Below are positions 44,722 to 56,115 of a DNA stretch of 64,000 bases, piece after piece. Source of the DNA: a bacterium (GTDB lineage Bacteria > UBA8248); contig CBDBEV010000001.1 in assembly GCA_965204535.1 (NCBI GenBank), forward strand, positions 928,001 to 992,000, written 5' to 3'. Under the pieces are notes generated by a model. The model was not told where the DNA came from. It made no database searches and saw nothing but the letters and a program-made list of their open reading frames with translations. Positions within the stretch are counted from its first letter, which is position 1. Every line of letters starts with the position of its first letter. A program made the translations under genes and the position numbers.

Positions 44722-46575
44722 ATGTCCCAACCCAGCAGTTCTGAACCGAGCACCCCGGCCCGACAGGGGTTTTACTGCTCCATCGTCTTCAAGAGCCTCA
44801 TCCTCGTCCTGATCATCCTCATCGTCGCCATCGTCCCGATGTCCTACCGCTACTACCAATCGAGCTACAACTACGAGCTCAACGTGCTCTCGGCCAGGCT
44901 CGAGTTCTTCGCCGAGCGCGGCGCCTCCCGGATAGACGCAGAAGCCGTCCACAGCCTGAGAATCCCGGAGGACAAGAAAACCGCCGAGTACAGGGAAGTG
45001 CTCGCCGTGCTTCGGCGCATCAAGAGTGTTTCGGGTGTGGACAACGCCATCATCATGCGCAGGCGGCCGAACGGCAGCTACGAATACGTCGCCGCCGCGC
45101 ACGACGGGTTCCAGATCGGCCAGGACGTCCAACTCCACCGGGTCTTTCCCGCCACCTACAAGGCCACGAACGACACCTGGAACGAGGGCGAGATGATGCG
45201 CTCCCGGCTCTTCGGCGGAAAGGTGGGGAACCGCGAGTTCGACAAGTTCCTGCAGCTCAACACGCCGCTCAAGTTGAACGGCAAGGTGGTGGCCATCCTG
45301 ATGCTCAACAAGGTCGCGAACCCCGTGGCCGAGCAGGTGGCGACGAACACCTTCAAACTGCTCCGCTTCACCATCATCCTGGTCGCTCTTGGCCTCATCC
45401 TCTTCTGGGTCATCTCCTCGCGGATGCTGCGCCTGATCAGGAACCTGACGTCCGCGGCGGAAGAGGTGAGCCAGGGCAATCTCGACGTCACGGTGCCCGC
45501 CAAGAGGAGCCACGACGAGGTGGGCCGTCTGGCCACCTCGTTCGAGGGCATGATCGATGGCTTGAAGCAGCGCGATTTCATCCGCGACACCTTCGGGCGC
45601 TACATCAGCAAGGAGATAGTGGATGAACTCCTGAACTCGCCCGACGGCCTCAAGCTCGGCGGCGAGGTGCGCGAGGTGACCTTCCTGGTTTCGGACCTGC
45701 GGGGGTTCACCGCGCTCTCCTCGCGCCTTGAGCCGGGCGAAGTCATCGACGTGGTGAACCGCTTCCTCGAACCGATGGTGGACATCATCACCAGGCACCG
45801 GGGCACGGTGGACGAGTTCCAGGGAGACGGCATTCTCGCGTTCTTCGGAGCGCCGCTCGCCGCGCCCGACGACTCGGCCCGGGCGGTCGCCTGCGCCGTG
45901 GAGATGCAGCGCGCCCTCGTCGAGATCAACCAAGAGCAGCGCGCGCGCGGCATGCCCGATCTTCACATGGGAATCGCCATCAACACGGGCGAGGTGATCG
46001 TCGGCAACATCGGTTCGGAGAAACGCACCAAGTACGGCGCGATGGGCACGGCCATCAACATGGCCTACCGCATCGAGTCCTACACCGTCAGCGGGCAGGT
46101 GCTCATCAGCATGGATACCTACCAGAAGATGGCGGAATACGTGCAAGTCGGCGATACGCAGGATTTGCGCTTCAAGGGGCTGGAGGAGCCGGTTCGCGTC
46201 TACGAGGTGCGGGGCATGTCGGGGCCCTATGCGTGCGAGATGCCGGAAACCGCGCCCGAAGTGTTCGTGGACCTCGCCTCGCCGGCCGGCGTGCGGATGT
46301 TCGTCCTCAAGGGCAAGACGGTGTCGGACGAAGCGGTTTCCGCCGCCATCGAACGCATCTCGGAGAATTGCCTGGACGTGGTGGCGGAGGTCGCCTTCGA
46401 GAGGAATGCGAACCTCATGCTGCGCCTGGCGGAGGAAGCGGACGTGTCCGATATCTACGCGAAGGTCGTGGAGGCGGATGGGAACCGACTGGTGCTTCGC
46501 TTCACCTCCCTGCCCGATGACGCCAAGGCGTATTTCGAGCGAATCCGGGAAGCCGCCGCGCAGTCGAGCGCGTAG
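44722..46575 (+). CDS. membrane class III adenylate cyclase (2 TM, HAMP, cyclase, extra C-terminal domain)
   Basis: DEVGRLATSF HAMP; TFGRY, SDLRGFT, GDGIL, VGNIGSEKR, INMAYRIE; GGAGG RBS. Confidence 0.9.
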   Translation: MSQPSSSEPSTPARQGFYCSIVFKSLILVLIILIVAIVPMSYRYYQSSYNYELNVLSARLEFFAERGASRIDAEAVHSLRIPEDKKTAEYREVLAVLRRIKSVSGVDNAIIMRRRPNGSYEYVAAAHDGFQIGQDVQLHRVFPATYKATNDTWNEGEMMRSRLFGGKVGNREFDKFLQLNTPLKLNGKVVAILMLNKVANPVAEQVATNTFKLLRFTIILVALGLILFWVISSRMLRLIRNLTSAAEEVSQGNLDVTVPAKRSHDEVGRLATSFEGMIDGLKQRDFIRDTFGRYISKEIVDELLNSPDGLKLGGEVREVTFLVSDLRGFTALSSRLEPGEVIDVVNRFLEPMVDIITRHRGTVDEFQGDGILAFFGAPLAAPDDSARAVACAVEMQRALVEINQEQRARGMPDLHMGIAINTGEVIVGNIGSEKRTKYGAMGTAINMAYRIESYTVSGQVLISMDTYQKMAEYVQVGDTQDLRFKGLEEPVRVYEVRGMSGPYACEMPETAPEVFVDLASPAGVRMFVLKGKTVSDEAVSAAIERISENCLDVVAEVAFERNANLMLRLAEEADVSDIYAKVVEADGNRLVLRFTSLPDDAKAYFERIREAAAQSSA

Positions 46576-46599
46576 GGTTATCCCGCTTCAGGCCGAATC

Positions 46600-46833
46600 G
46601 GGATTGTTGGAAAACCTCTTGCGTTTAGGTCGGGATTTTACCGTAGGGGCGGACCTGTGTGTCCGCCCTGATTCCTGAAACGAAAAGCGGGCGGACACAC
46701 AGGTCCGCCCCTACGGTAAAATGGTTGTGTTCGTCTGTAGGGACAGGTCGCGACCTGTCCGATTTGGTTTGGATCGTCCTTCCGGCATTCGCCGGAAGGA
46801 TGGTGAACACTTTCGATGGGGGGCAACAACCCC
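46600..46833. mobile_element. degenerate MITE-like element with a REP doublet
   Basis: GGGATTGTTGGAAAA ... CAACAACCCC; inverted GTAGGGGCGGACCTGTGTGTCCGCCC pair plus GTAGGGACAGGTCGCGACCTGTCC. Confidence 0.6.
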
Positions 46834-46867
46834 TCCTCGGGAGGTCGCGCGTTCGCGGAAACGCCCG

Positions 46868-46898
46868 ACCCCGGGGACTCAGCCCCGGGGTCTTTTTC
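46868..46898. terminator. hairpin terminator between convergent genes
   Basis: GACCCCGGGG-loop-CCCCGGGGTC followed by TTTTT. Confidence 0.65.
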
Positions 46899-46906
46899 GT
46901 TGCGGC

Positions 46907-48190
<1,284 letters not shown>

Positions 48191-48577
48191 CTTTTTGAAC
48201 CTCCTTTGGAAATTGAAACAATAATCCGAAAAATTTTTGTTCGGGTTTGAAGCGGCGGTTTCACCCGCCCGCCGGCTCGAATGCCGCCTTCCGCCGCGCA
48301 GGTGTGAACCTCACGGCCCCGCTTCACCCGGTCGGTGTTTTTCGACGTCTCCGGGCTTGATTCTCATCGTGGTACGACGCATACACCAATCTCCCTGATA
48401 TGGCTCCGCACCCCGAAGGGCGTCGAAGCCGGCCGTTCAGTCAAGGAAAATAGGGATTCCTCGCGGGGGAAACCCCCCAATCGTCTCCAGAGCAATCCTG
48501 GGCGTTGGATGAGTGTAGCCCCCACTATATCATCACGAGCGCCGCCTGTGTAGCACGCGCCCGATTACAAGAGGGGC

Positions 48578-48710
48578 ATGGCGATCCCTGCGCCTTCATT
48601 CGACATCGTTTCAGGGAGGGATTTACAGGAAGTCGGGGGCGCGATCAACGGGGTGTGCCGGGAAATTACCTGGCGGTTTGATCTCGATGGCTCCGGATGC
48701 GCGCTGCAGA
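48578..48710 (+). pseudogene. yajQ: 5' remnant of yajQ
   Basis: PSFDIVSGRDLQEVGGAINGVCREITWRFDLDGS resembles the YajQ N-terminus; similarity stops after about 43 codons. Confidence 0.65.
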
Positions 48711-48736
48711 GAAGTGGCGCGATGAAAGCCAGACCG

Positions 48737-48788
48737 CGCATTTCCCCGCATTTGCGCGTCAGGGCTCACAGGCCCCATCCTCTATATT
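48737..48788 (+). promoter_or_regulatory. shared late-type promoter, copy C (terminase-portal module)
   Basis: CGCATTTCCCCGCATTTGCG; CCCGCATTT 48745-48753, 29 nt, TATATT 48783. Confidence 0.78.
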
Positions 48789-48836
48789 CCTCCCCCGTGA
48801 GGATGCGCGCGGCATCCTTGGGAGGGAGGAGTCCCG

Positions 48837-49895
48837 GTGCGAAAGTCCCTGAAAATCATCCGGGCGCCCGGTATGGACCTCGCCGCCGGCGTCGCGCCGC
48901 GCTTTTCGGGCGAGGCGCGCGGGCTGGCCCGGTTTCTGACCGGCGAGATGTCGACCGACACCGGCGCATTCACCTTCAAAGGCAGAGAGGCGCTTCTGGA
49001 GATCGTCGCCGCGCTGGATGAGATTATAAATTGCCGGGCGCCCGATCAGACCATCAGCGTCCTGAAGGGCGCGCAGGTGGGCATGACCACCCTCGCCATC
49101 GGTTTTGCGCTCTACTGCGTCATCGTCCACCGCCTGAACGTGGGCTATTTTCTGCCCGATCAGGATTTCGCGGACCGCTTCGACCAGACGCGCGTGCGCC
49201 CGGTGATTCGAAACGAAAGTATCGCCTCGATCATGCGCGACGGAAAGTACCGGGGCGCATCCCCCAAGGGCCTGAAGGAGTTCCCCGGACGCGGGGGCTC
49301 GCGTTTTCTCTACATCCTGGGCCTCAGGGACATCGGCAACGCCATATCCATCCCGCTCGACGTGCTCGTCCGCGACGAGGTGGACGACCTTCCGCCGGAT
49401 AACCTCAAGTGGTCGAACGACCGCATCGACGCCTCTCCCTTGGCTCTTACGCTCAACCTGGCCGTCGGCAGAACTCCCGGCGCGGGCATTCACGCCATGT
49501 ACGAGGCGGGGGACCGCAGGCGCTGGCATGTGAGATGCCCGACGTGCCGCACCGAGAGCGTGCTGGAGGAGCACTGGCCGCAAATCCTGAGCGGCGATAC
49601 GCTCGTCTGCCCGGACTGCGGCGGCGCGCTCAAGGGGGGAGCGGGTCGGTGGGTGGCCGCGCGCGTGAATCCCCGGCACAGGAGCTATCGCCTCTCCCAG
49701 CTCGCGGTCGGCGCGGTTCGGCTCGACCGGGTCGCGGCGAAATGGGCCGCCGCCTCTCTTCCGAGTGAGAAGGCGCGCTTTCGCTGCTCGGCCCTCGCCA
49801 TCCCCGATGCGGGCGATACCCGGCCTATCTCTCCTGAATTGCTCAGTAAGCTGCGCGACGCAGCACCCTATCGCCTGGCGGAGGCCCCGGCATGA
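48837..49895 (+). CDS. terminase large subunit, ATPase part (GpA-like)
   Basis: Walker A KGAQVGMT, Walker B VLVRDEVD, GDRRRWHVRCPTC..CPDC Zn motif; GGAGGAG RBS. Confidence 0.85.
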   Translation: MRKSLKIIRAPGMDLAAGVAPRFSGEARGLARFLTGEMSTDTGAFTFKGREALLEIVAALDEIINCRAPDQTISVLKGAQVGMTTLAIGFALYCVIVHRLNVGYFLPDQDFADRFDQTRVRPVIRNESIASIMRDGKYRGASPKGLKEFPGRGGSRFLYILGLRDIGNAISIPLDVLVRDEVDDLPPDNLKWSNDRIDASPLALTLNLAVGRTPGAGIHAMYEAGDRRRWHVRCPTCRTESVLEEHWPQILSGDTLVCPDCGGALKGGAGRWVAARVNPRHRSYRLSQLAVGAVRLDRVAAKWAAASLPSEKARFRCSALAIPDAGDTRPISPELLSKLRDAAPYRLAEAPA

Positions 49896-50539
49896 GCGCG
49901 AACTATCGCTTTTGCGGAATCGATACGGGCGACCGCTGCGCCCTCGCGGTGCGCGAGCATGAGGAAGGCCGGCCCGCCCGGTGGATTTATTTCGAGGCGC
50001 CGCCGATAGAGCGCCTCGTCGAGCGGTGCCGCGCCGTGTTCTCGGGTCTCGGGGTGGAAGCGTTCGTCATAGACGGCGGCCCCCACACCCAGGCCGCGCG
50101 CGCGGTCTACGACCTCTGTCCCGAGGGCGGCTTCATCTGGCGGCACACCGAGGGGGAGATGCAGACCAGGGACGTCTCGTTTCTGGGCGTCGAGCGCCGC
50201 CACGTGCGGATGAACCGCGAGGACCTGCTCGATCACCTCGTGGAGGAGTTTCACGAGGGGGCCGGGCGGGTCTTGCTGCCGAGTCCCAAGGACACCGGGG
50301 AGGAGGCGCTACTCGCCGAGGTGGAGCGCCACCTGATGAATTTGAGGAAAAGGCCGCGCATCCGCTCCTCCGGGGAGACGGTGCTGGCGTATGAGCGGAA
50401 CGAGAACCACTTCGGCTTCGCCTGCGCCTATGCGCGGCTGGCCGAATCCCTGGCGCAGAGCGAGGGCGTGCTGGCCCCCATCGCCGGGGGAACGGTGACG
50501 CCGCAGGCTTTTAACAAACGGATGCTCAAGAGGAGATGA
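49892..50539 (+). CDS. terminase large subunit, nuclease part (RNase H fold)
   Basis: FCGIDTGD, FVIDGGP, ENHFGFACAY; ATGA overlap with the ATPase half. Confidence 0.7.
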   Translation: MSANYRFCGIDTGDRCALAVREHEEGRPARWIYFEAPPIERLVERCRAVFSGLGVEAFVIDGGPHTQAARAVYDLCPEGGFIWRHTEGEMQTRDVSFLGVERRHVRMNREDLLDHLVEEFHEGAGRVLLPSPKDTGEEALLAEVERHLMNLRKRPRIRSSGETVLAYERNENHFGFACAYARLAESLAQSEGVLAPIAGGTVTPQAFNKRMLKRR

Positions 50540-51891
50540 GAATGGAGAGTGTGAAGAGGGTGAAGGTTCCCGGGCGGAAGACGGAACTCAAGAGAAAAGG
50601 GGAGGCCGCGCAGCGTACCGGGCGAACGAGCGCGGCGATTGACCCGGACGAGAAAATCTGGCGGCCCCTCGGCGAGGGGCGGAGCGGGGTGTCTCCCTAC
50701 ACCCACGCGCGCATGCAGGCTTTGGCGTATGAATTATGGCTCACGAACCTCATGGGCCAGCGCCTCATCGAGATCGTGACGGATCACGTCGTGGGCGAGG
50801 GGGTGAGCTGGCATTCCGAGGATGAGCGCGCCCTGCAGGCAGTCAGGGCGTTCTGGGGCGATCCCGTGAACCAGATGGACATCCGCTTCGAGCGGCTGGT
50901 CTCCGAACTCGGGATTTTCGGCGAACTCCTGCTGCCCGTCGCCGTCTCGCGCTTCGAGGGGCGCGTCCGCCTGGGCTACGTCAGCCCCCGCCTGATCGAA
51001 GAGGTGGTCACGGACCCGGACAACTGCGCTCTGCCCATAGGGGTCCTCCTGCGCGCCCGGGGGCCGGGCGGGGCGGCGCGCAAGGGCAAGCGAATCAGGA
51101 CGGTACTGGGCGGCGACCCGCGCGGCTATCTGAGCGCCTCCGCCCGGCGGGAGCGCGAGCGCTTCACGGACGGGGAGGCGTTCCTGTTCCAGATCAACAA
51201 GGCGAGCGACGCCGCGCGCGGCGCTTCGGACTTGCTCGCCGCCATCGACTGGATAGACACCTATGAGCGCTTCATCTTCGATGCCGTGGAGCGCGCGCGC
51301 CTGCAGAACAGCTTCATCTACGACGTCACCTTGAAGGGCGCCGGCCCCGACAAGATAGCCGAGTGGCTCGCCGAGAACGGCGTCGCGCCCAAGCCCTCGA
51401 GCGTGCGCGTCCACAACGAAAAAGAGGAGTGGCAGGCCGTCTCGCCCGACCTGAAAGGAGGCGAGTCCGGCGCGCAGGGGGTCGCCAAGATGATGCGGGG
51501 CCTGCTGCTCGGCGGCGTAGGCGTACCTTCCCACTGGTTCGCCCAGGGGGAGGACGTGAACCGGGCATCGGCCGAGTCGATGGATCAGCCGACGCTCAAG
51601 AAGATGACGCGCCGCCAGCGCACCGTGCGCCATATCCTGCAGGCCATGGCCGACAAACAACTCGAAGAAGCCCGCCGCGCGGGCGCGTTGCCCGAAGAAG
51701 CGCTGCGCTCGGGCGTCTCGCCCGTTCTGCCGGATATCTCCGTTCGCGACACCGAGAAGATGTCCGAGGCGCTCCTGCGCGTGAGCACGGCGCTCGAGAC
51801 GGCAACCTCACGCGGCTGGATGAGCGATGACGCCGCCGGCAAGCTCATCACCCACCTCGCGGGGCAGTTCGGCATGAACCTGGAGGGGTAG
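50536..51891 (+). CDS. phage portal protein
   Basis: 451 aa directly after the terminase; IVTDHVVGEG, ELGIFGELL, RGASDL, NRASAESM..PTLKKMTRRQ portal-like pattern. Confidence 0.75.
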   Translation: MRMESVKRVKVPGRKTELKRKGEAAQRTGRTSAAIDPDEKIWRPLGEGRSGVSPYTHARMQALAYELWLTNLMGQRLIEIVTDHVVGEGVSWHSEDERALQAVRAFWGDPVNQMDIRFERLVSELGIFGELLLPVAVSRFEGRVRLGYVSPRLIEEVVTDPDNCALPIGVLLRARGPGGAARKGKRIRTVLGGDPRGYLSASARRERERFTDGEAFLFQINKASDAARGASDLLAAIDWIDTYERFIFDAVERARLQNSFIYDVTLKGAGPDKIAEWLAENGVAPKPSSVRVHNEKEEWQAVSPDLKGGESGAQGVAKMMRGLLLGGVGVPSHWFAQGEDVNRASAESMDQPTLKKMTRRQRTVRHILQAMADKQLEEARRAGALPEEALRSGVSPVLPDISVRDTEKMSEALLRVSTALETATSRGWMSDDAAGKLITHLAGQFGMNLEG

Positions 51892-51899
51892 GGGGCTAT

Positions 51900-53000
51900 C
51901 TACTCCACAAACTCCCGCACCGACTCTATCGGCGTTCCGTCTTTTCTGGTGATCGCCTTGGTGACGCTCAGGTTGTAGCTTGCCGTCAGGACAGCCTGCA
52001 TGTGTCGGCCGTGGCCGCCGGCGACCACGATGAGGATGTCCTCGGGTCTCGGGACGATGGGGGCCATGTCCTCGTCTTCTTCGAGATTTACGAAAGGGGC
52101 GAGCGGCGTCATGTCGAAACCGCCCCGGTCGCGCATCAGGCGAATCGGCTGGCGCGCGTTCTCGAAGATGAACCGGGAAACGTCGGCCTTCGTCCACCCC
52201 TGATCCGAAAGCCACGTGGCGGCTTCCGCCGTCAGCACAAGCATCTGCTCGCTCGGAAGCCCGCTCCTGTAAACGCCGTTCGCACCTAAATGGCTCATGG
52301 CGGACGCCGCCGTGCCCAGGTATTTATGCGGCGTCTTGCTCACCAGGTCATTCACGTTGTGGGGTGATTCGGCGCAGAGCATGGTGACGGCGGAGGTATC
52401 TGGCGCGAAGCCTCTGTCTACGTGAAAGGCGGGCCAGGGGCTCCCCTCCTCGTCCTCGCCGATGGTGTAGGCGTATTTTCCCGGATGTCCGTGGGTGGCC
52501 ATGTCCGTCACGCCGGGGATGCCGCCGCCTGCGTTCATCATCAGGAGCCGCACCGCACGCCCCAGCGTCGCGTTGGCGCGCCAGCCCTGGCCGAAGACGT
52601 TCTGGCGGCAGTTGACCTCCAGTTCATTTCGCACCGGCCCGTGGACGATCATCAGGTGTGCGCCCGGATGGGTGGTCGTCTGGCGGCCGTAGAGGTTATA
52701 AGCCGGTTCCGTCATGGCTTGCACTGCGGCGATGAGGACGGGCAGGTATACGGGTCTGCATCCCGCCATCACGGCGTTGATGGCGATGACCTCGACCGTG
52801 GCCGGGGCGTTTCTGGGCGGGACGTTGGCGATGACGTCTTGGGGCGCGTAGTCCGTATAACGCAAGGTCTCCGCCACGCGCTCCTCTGTCGGCGGGATGA
52901 CGGGCAGCCCGTCCGTCCAGCCCTCCTCGTAGAAGTGCTCGTAAATCGCGCCTGCGTCTTGGTCGAGCGCTATCTGGCGGGCGGGCTCTGGCGCGTCCAT
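51900..53000 (-). CDS. conserved partner of UGSC-family selenoproteins (DGLPVIPPT family)
   Basis: GWTDGLPVIPPTEERV, IAINAVMAGC, RANATLGRA, GHPGKY. Confidence 0.8.
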   Translation of the reverse strand: MDAPEPARQIALDQDAGAIYEHFYEEGWTDGLPVIPPTEERVAETLRYTDYAPQDVIANVPPRNAPATVEVIAINAVMAGCRPVYLPVLIAAVQAMTEPAYNLYGRQTTTHPGAHLMIVHGPVRNELEVNCRQNVFGQGWRANATLGRAVRLLMMNAGGGIPGVTDMATHGHPGKYAYTIGEDEEGSPWPAFHVDRGFAPDTSAVTMLCAESPHNVNDLVSKTPHKYLGTAASAMSHLGANGVYRSGLPSEQMLVLTAEAATWLSDQGWTKADVSRFIFENARQPIRLMRDRGGFDMTPLAPFVNLEEDEDMAPIVPRPEDILIVVAGGHGRHMQAVLTASYNLSVTKAITRKDGTPIESVREFVE

Positions 53001-53007
53001 GCCGATA

Positions 53008-53562
53008 TCAAGCGCTCGCCTGCGTGAGGGCGGACGCCAGATGCGCGCTCGCTTTTACTGACATCTCGTCCACCTCCTCGCGCTTTCTGCCCGCGATGGG
53101 GTGGGGCAGCGTGACGAGGGGAAGCTCGTTCATCTTGTGTAGCTTGGTGAGTTGCTTGGCGTAGGCCTCGAAGGCGTCGGTGACGACCGTGACCGTGGCC
53201 AGCCCTCTTTTCTCTAAAGCGACGCTGTCGTGGATACTCCACGACGTGCACGAGCCTCAGTCGCCGAGTGCGGAAACGACGGCGTCGCACTCTCCTTCCA
53301 CCTGCTCCATCAAGGCGGGCGATGCGCCGCTCACGGATTCTTTCCGGTAGCGCACGACGCGCACGCCGGGGAACTGCTCTTCGAGCGCGGCGCCCATGAC
53401 GTCGAAAATCTCATCCGTGAAATCCTTGGTGTTGTTGATGAGGCCCACGCTCTTGCCGTTTAGGCTCTCGGGCCGCGCGGCCATGACGGCGCTCGCGCCC
53501 GGAGCCTCCGCCACGGGTTCGTAGACGAGAACCTTTTCCTTTTCCTTCGTCATTTCGCTCAT
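53008..53562 (-). CDS. UGSC-family selenoprotein
   Basis: In-frame TGA 53259-53257: SALGD-U-GSCTSWSIHD; frame stays open to TGA 53008; hairpin at 53245-53227; AGGAGG RBS. Confidence 0.88.
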
Positions 53563-53804
53563 GTCATCCTCCTGTGCGAGGTTTTTCGGGGAGGTCGAAT
53601 TCACTCGTTTCGATCATTCCAAGCCATTCTAACCGAAGCGGCGGGGAGAGGGGAAGGGGGAGTTTTTCGGCTGGATGTGTTCCAGAGCGTGCTGCGCAAG
53701 TGATTGACACTCCCAAATGGAGGCCTTAGGTTGATTCATGGTGATGTCTTGTTTGAAGATATCTGCCAATTGTGGATTCTCCCAAAGACTCCAAAGGGCA
53801 AGTC

Positions 53805-54575
53805 ATGGCTTCTGACACAATTACGCTGATGTTGGAGGGGGATGTTACTCTTGAGGCGTTTGCAACGGCGGTAAAGTCGTTGGACAGCCTCATCGCTGCG
53901 CTGACGGTAGAGGAGGGAGGCAGTATTGAGTGGAAGGTAGAGGACCTTCAGCCTGGAAGCGCATTAGCAACTATTAAAGGATATAGCCCTCACTCGGAGC
54001 GGGTCGAACGGGTTGTTCGGGGATACAATGATGTTGGCAGGGCACTTAAAGAAAATGTCCGGATTAATCGTGGGCGGAAAGTCTCCGCTCCAGCGATGAA
54101 ACTTGGACGCTTGGTCGGAAATGGTGTCAAACGAGTCCGATTTGAGACCCAAGAAGAAACGGTAATCTTGCATAACCCTCCAACCCGAAAGCCGAGAGTC
54201 GCGGACAACATGATGGATCTACCAGAAAATGTTATTGCAGTGGCCTTTGGTGCTGTTGAGGGAGAAGTTCAGACATTAACAAAGCGAAACATGTTGAGAT
54301 TCACTCTCTATGACGTTCTAAATGACCGACCTGTATCGTGTTACTTGCAATCCGGCCAGGAAGACCTCATGAGAGAAGTCTGGGGAAAACACGCTATCGT
54401 GGAAGGATTGGTGAGTCGTGATCCGACGGATGGACATCCTATAGCAGTGCGGCAAGTCAGTAAAATTACACCAATTATGGAGGAAGGAGACTACACGCAA
54501 GCGCGCGCAATTTTGCCGTTGAAGTCGGACGCGGAATTGCCGGAAGTCACGATTATGCGGTTGCGTGATGGCTGA
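53805..54575 (+). CDS. hypothetical protein coupled to a PIN gene (AT-richer islet)
   Basis: Long ORF overlapping the PIN start; TTGACA-17 nt-TAGGTT upstream at 53704. Confidence 0.7.
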   Translation: MASDTITLMLEGDVTLEAFATAVKSLDSLIAALTVEEGGSIEWKVEDLQPGSALATIKGYSPHSERVERVVRGYNDVGRALKENVRINRGRKVSAPAMKLGRLVGNGVKRVRFETQEETVILHNPPTRKPRVADNMMDLPENVIAVAFGAVEGEVQTLTKRNMLRFTLYDVLNDRPVSCYLQSGQEDLMREVWGKHAIVEGLVSRDPTDGHPIAVRQVSKITPIMEEGDYTQARAILPLKSDAELPEVTIMRLRDG

Positions 54576-55038
54576 TGCGTACTATTGGGATGCCGATGTT
54601 TTCCTGTCTTATATCAATGGGATCGAGAGTAGGTTACCCATCCTGGATGATTTGCTATCAAAATCGCGTCAAGGCGAATGCCGCATCGTAACATCCATGT
54701 GGTCTATTACCGAGGTGGCATATGGCGCCATAGAAAAAGATGAGCGCGCACTGGACCCCGCGCTTGAAGCGAAAATAGATTCGATGTGGATGGATCGACG
54801 TACCATTACGTTGGTGGAAGTGCATGAACGCTTGCAACGAGATGCGAGGCGTCTAATGAGAGAAGGCATCTCTCGTGGGTGGAGCTTGAAGCCTGCGGAT
54901 GCCGTGCATTTGGCAACTGCAATCTATGCAGAAGCGAAAGAGTTCCATACATATGATGCCGGGCTCTCAAAATTTGAGGCGTTGACAGGGTTTTCTATTC
55001 ATGAACCACGTTCAAACCAAGGTGTTCTGCCGATATAG
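54568..55038 (+). CDS. PIN-domain (VapC-like) ribonuclease
   Basis: YYWDADVF, SITEV, PADAVHLATA, HTYD. Confidence 0.88.
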   Translation: MADAYYWDADVFLSYINGIESRLPILDDLLSKSRQGECRIVTSMWSITEVAYGAIEKDERALDPALEAKIDSMWMDRRTITLVEVHERLQRDARRLMREGISRGWSLKPADAVHLATAIYAEAKEFHTYDAGLSKFEALTGFSIHEPRSNQGVLPI

Positions 55039-55097
55039 GCAATTTGCTATAGAAAACAACTCAGGTTTGCTTTGTTGCATCGCTTCGGTGTCGCAAA

Positions 55098-56099
55098 TCA
55101 CCCAATCCCCCGCACCTCCCTCGCCCAGGCGTTCATGAAGACCGTCCTGTCGGGCAGGTTGTTGTTGATGCGAAGTCCCCTGACGCCCAGGTTTTCGAGG
55201 TCTTCCAGCCTCTTCCGGCATTCTTCAGGCGTGCCGACGACCGCGAAACGCTCCGCCAGGTAGTCTCTCAAGCCGAACTCATCGACGAGCGCCGCATTGT
55301 TGGATTTATCCATGAAGCCGTGCTCCGAAGTCTGGTAGCCGTCTCTGAGCGCGCGGATGCCGGATTCGAGCTCTTGGGGGATTCGCTTGTTCTCCATCGT
55401 GAAGGCGAAGGAATGATGCGCGCTCGCGGCCAGCGCGGTGCGGATGTCCTCCCGCGCGCGCTCCCCGTCCGCGTCCACGTGGGCGTCCACCAGCCACCAG
55501 AGGTCCAGATCTTCCACCCTTCGGCCGGACTTTTGGGCGCCCTCGTCGATGAAGGAGAGCGTGTCCGCGATGACTTCGGGGATGAGGCCTGTTCCGATGA
55601 TGACGCCGTCGGCCACCTCGCCCGCGAGGCGCAGTGTTTTCGGGCCTTCGGCGGCGATGTGGATGGGCACGTGGGATTTGTGCCAGCTCAGCCGGGCGTC
55701 GTTCCCTTTGAACTGCGCGCTTCCTTCTTCGAGCATGCCCCGCACGGCGAGGACGTATTCGCGCATCTCGGCGAGTTTGGCGGGCCTCAGACCCAGATTC
55801 AGCACCGCGCTGTCGCCCGTGGCGATCCCCCAGAAGGCGCGCCCGCCCGATAGCTCGCTGATGGTGCCGATGGCGCTCGCGGCCACTGCCGGGTGGCGCG
55901 TGACGGGGTTCGTGACGCACGGGCCGAAGATGATCTCGCTCGTCTCCATCGCGCATATCGCGCACGAGACGTAGACCTCCCGGTACAGGGACTGCGTATC
56001 GGGGATGAATACCGCATCGAAGCCGAGTTCTTCCGCGCACTTACACCAGCGGGCGAACGAATCCGTATCGGGCGGTCTGAATGAAATGCCGTGTCTCAT
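55098..56099 (-). CDS. LLM-class oxidoreductase (Mer-like)
   Basis: PDTQSLYRE, GPCVTNPVTRHP, AAEGPKTLRLAGEVADG. Confidence 0.88.
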   Translation of the reverse strand: MRHGISFRPPDTDSFARWCKCAEELGFDAVFIPDTQSLYREVYVSCAICAMETSEIIFGPCVTNPVTRHPAVAASAIGTISELSGGRAFWGIATGDSAVLNLGLRPAKLAEMREYVLAVRGMLEEGSAQFKGNDARLSWHKSHVPIHIAAEGPKTLRLAGEVADGVIIGTGLIPEVIADTLSFIDEGAQKSGRRVEDLDLWWLVDAHVDADGERAREDIRTALAASAHHSFAFTMENKRIPQELESGIRALRDGYQTSEHGFMDKSNNAALVDEFGLRDYLAERFAVVGTPEECRKRLEDLENLGVRGLRINNNLPDRTVFMNAWAREVRGIG

Positions 56100-56115
56100 G
56101 AAAATATCCTCTTTG

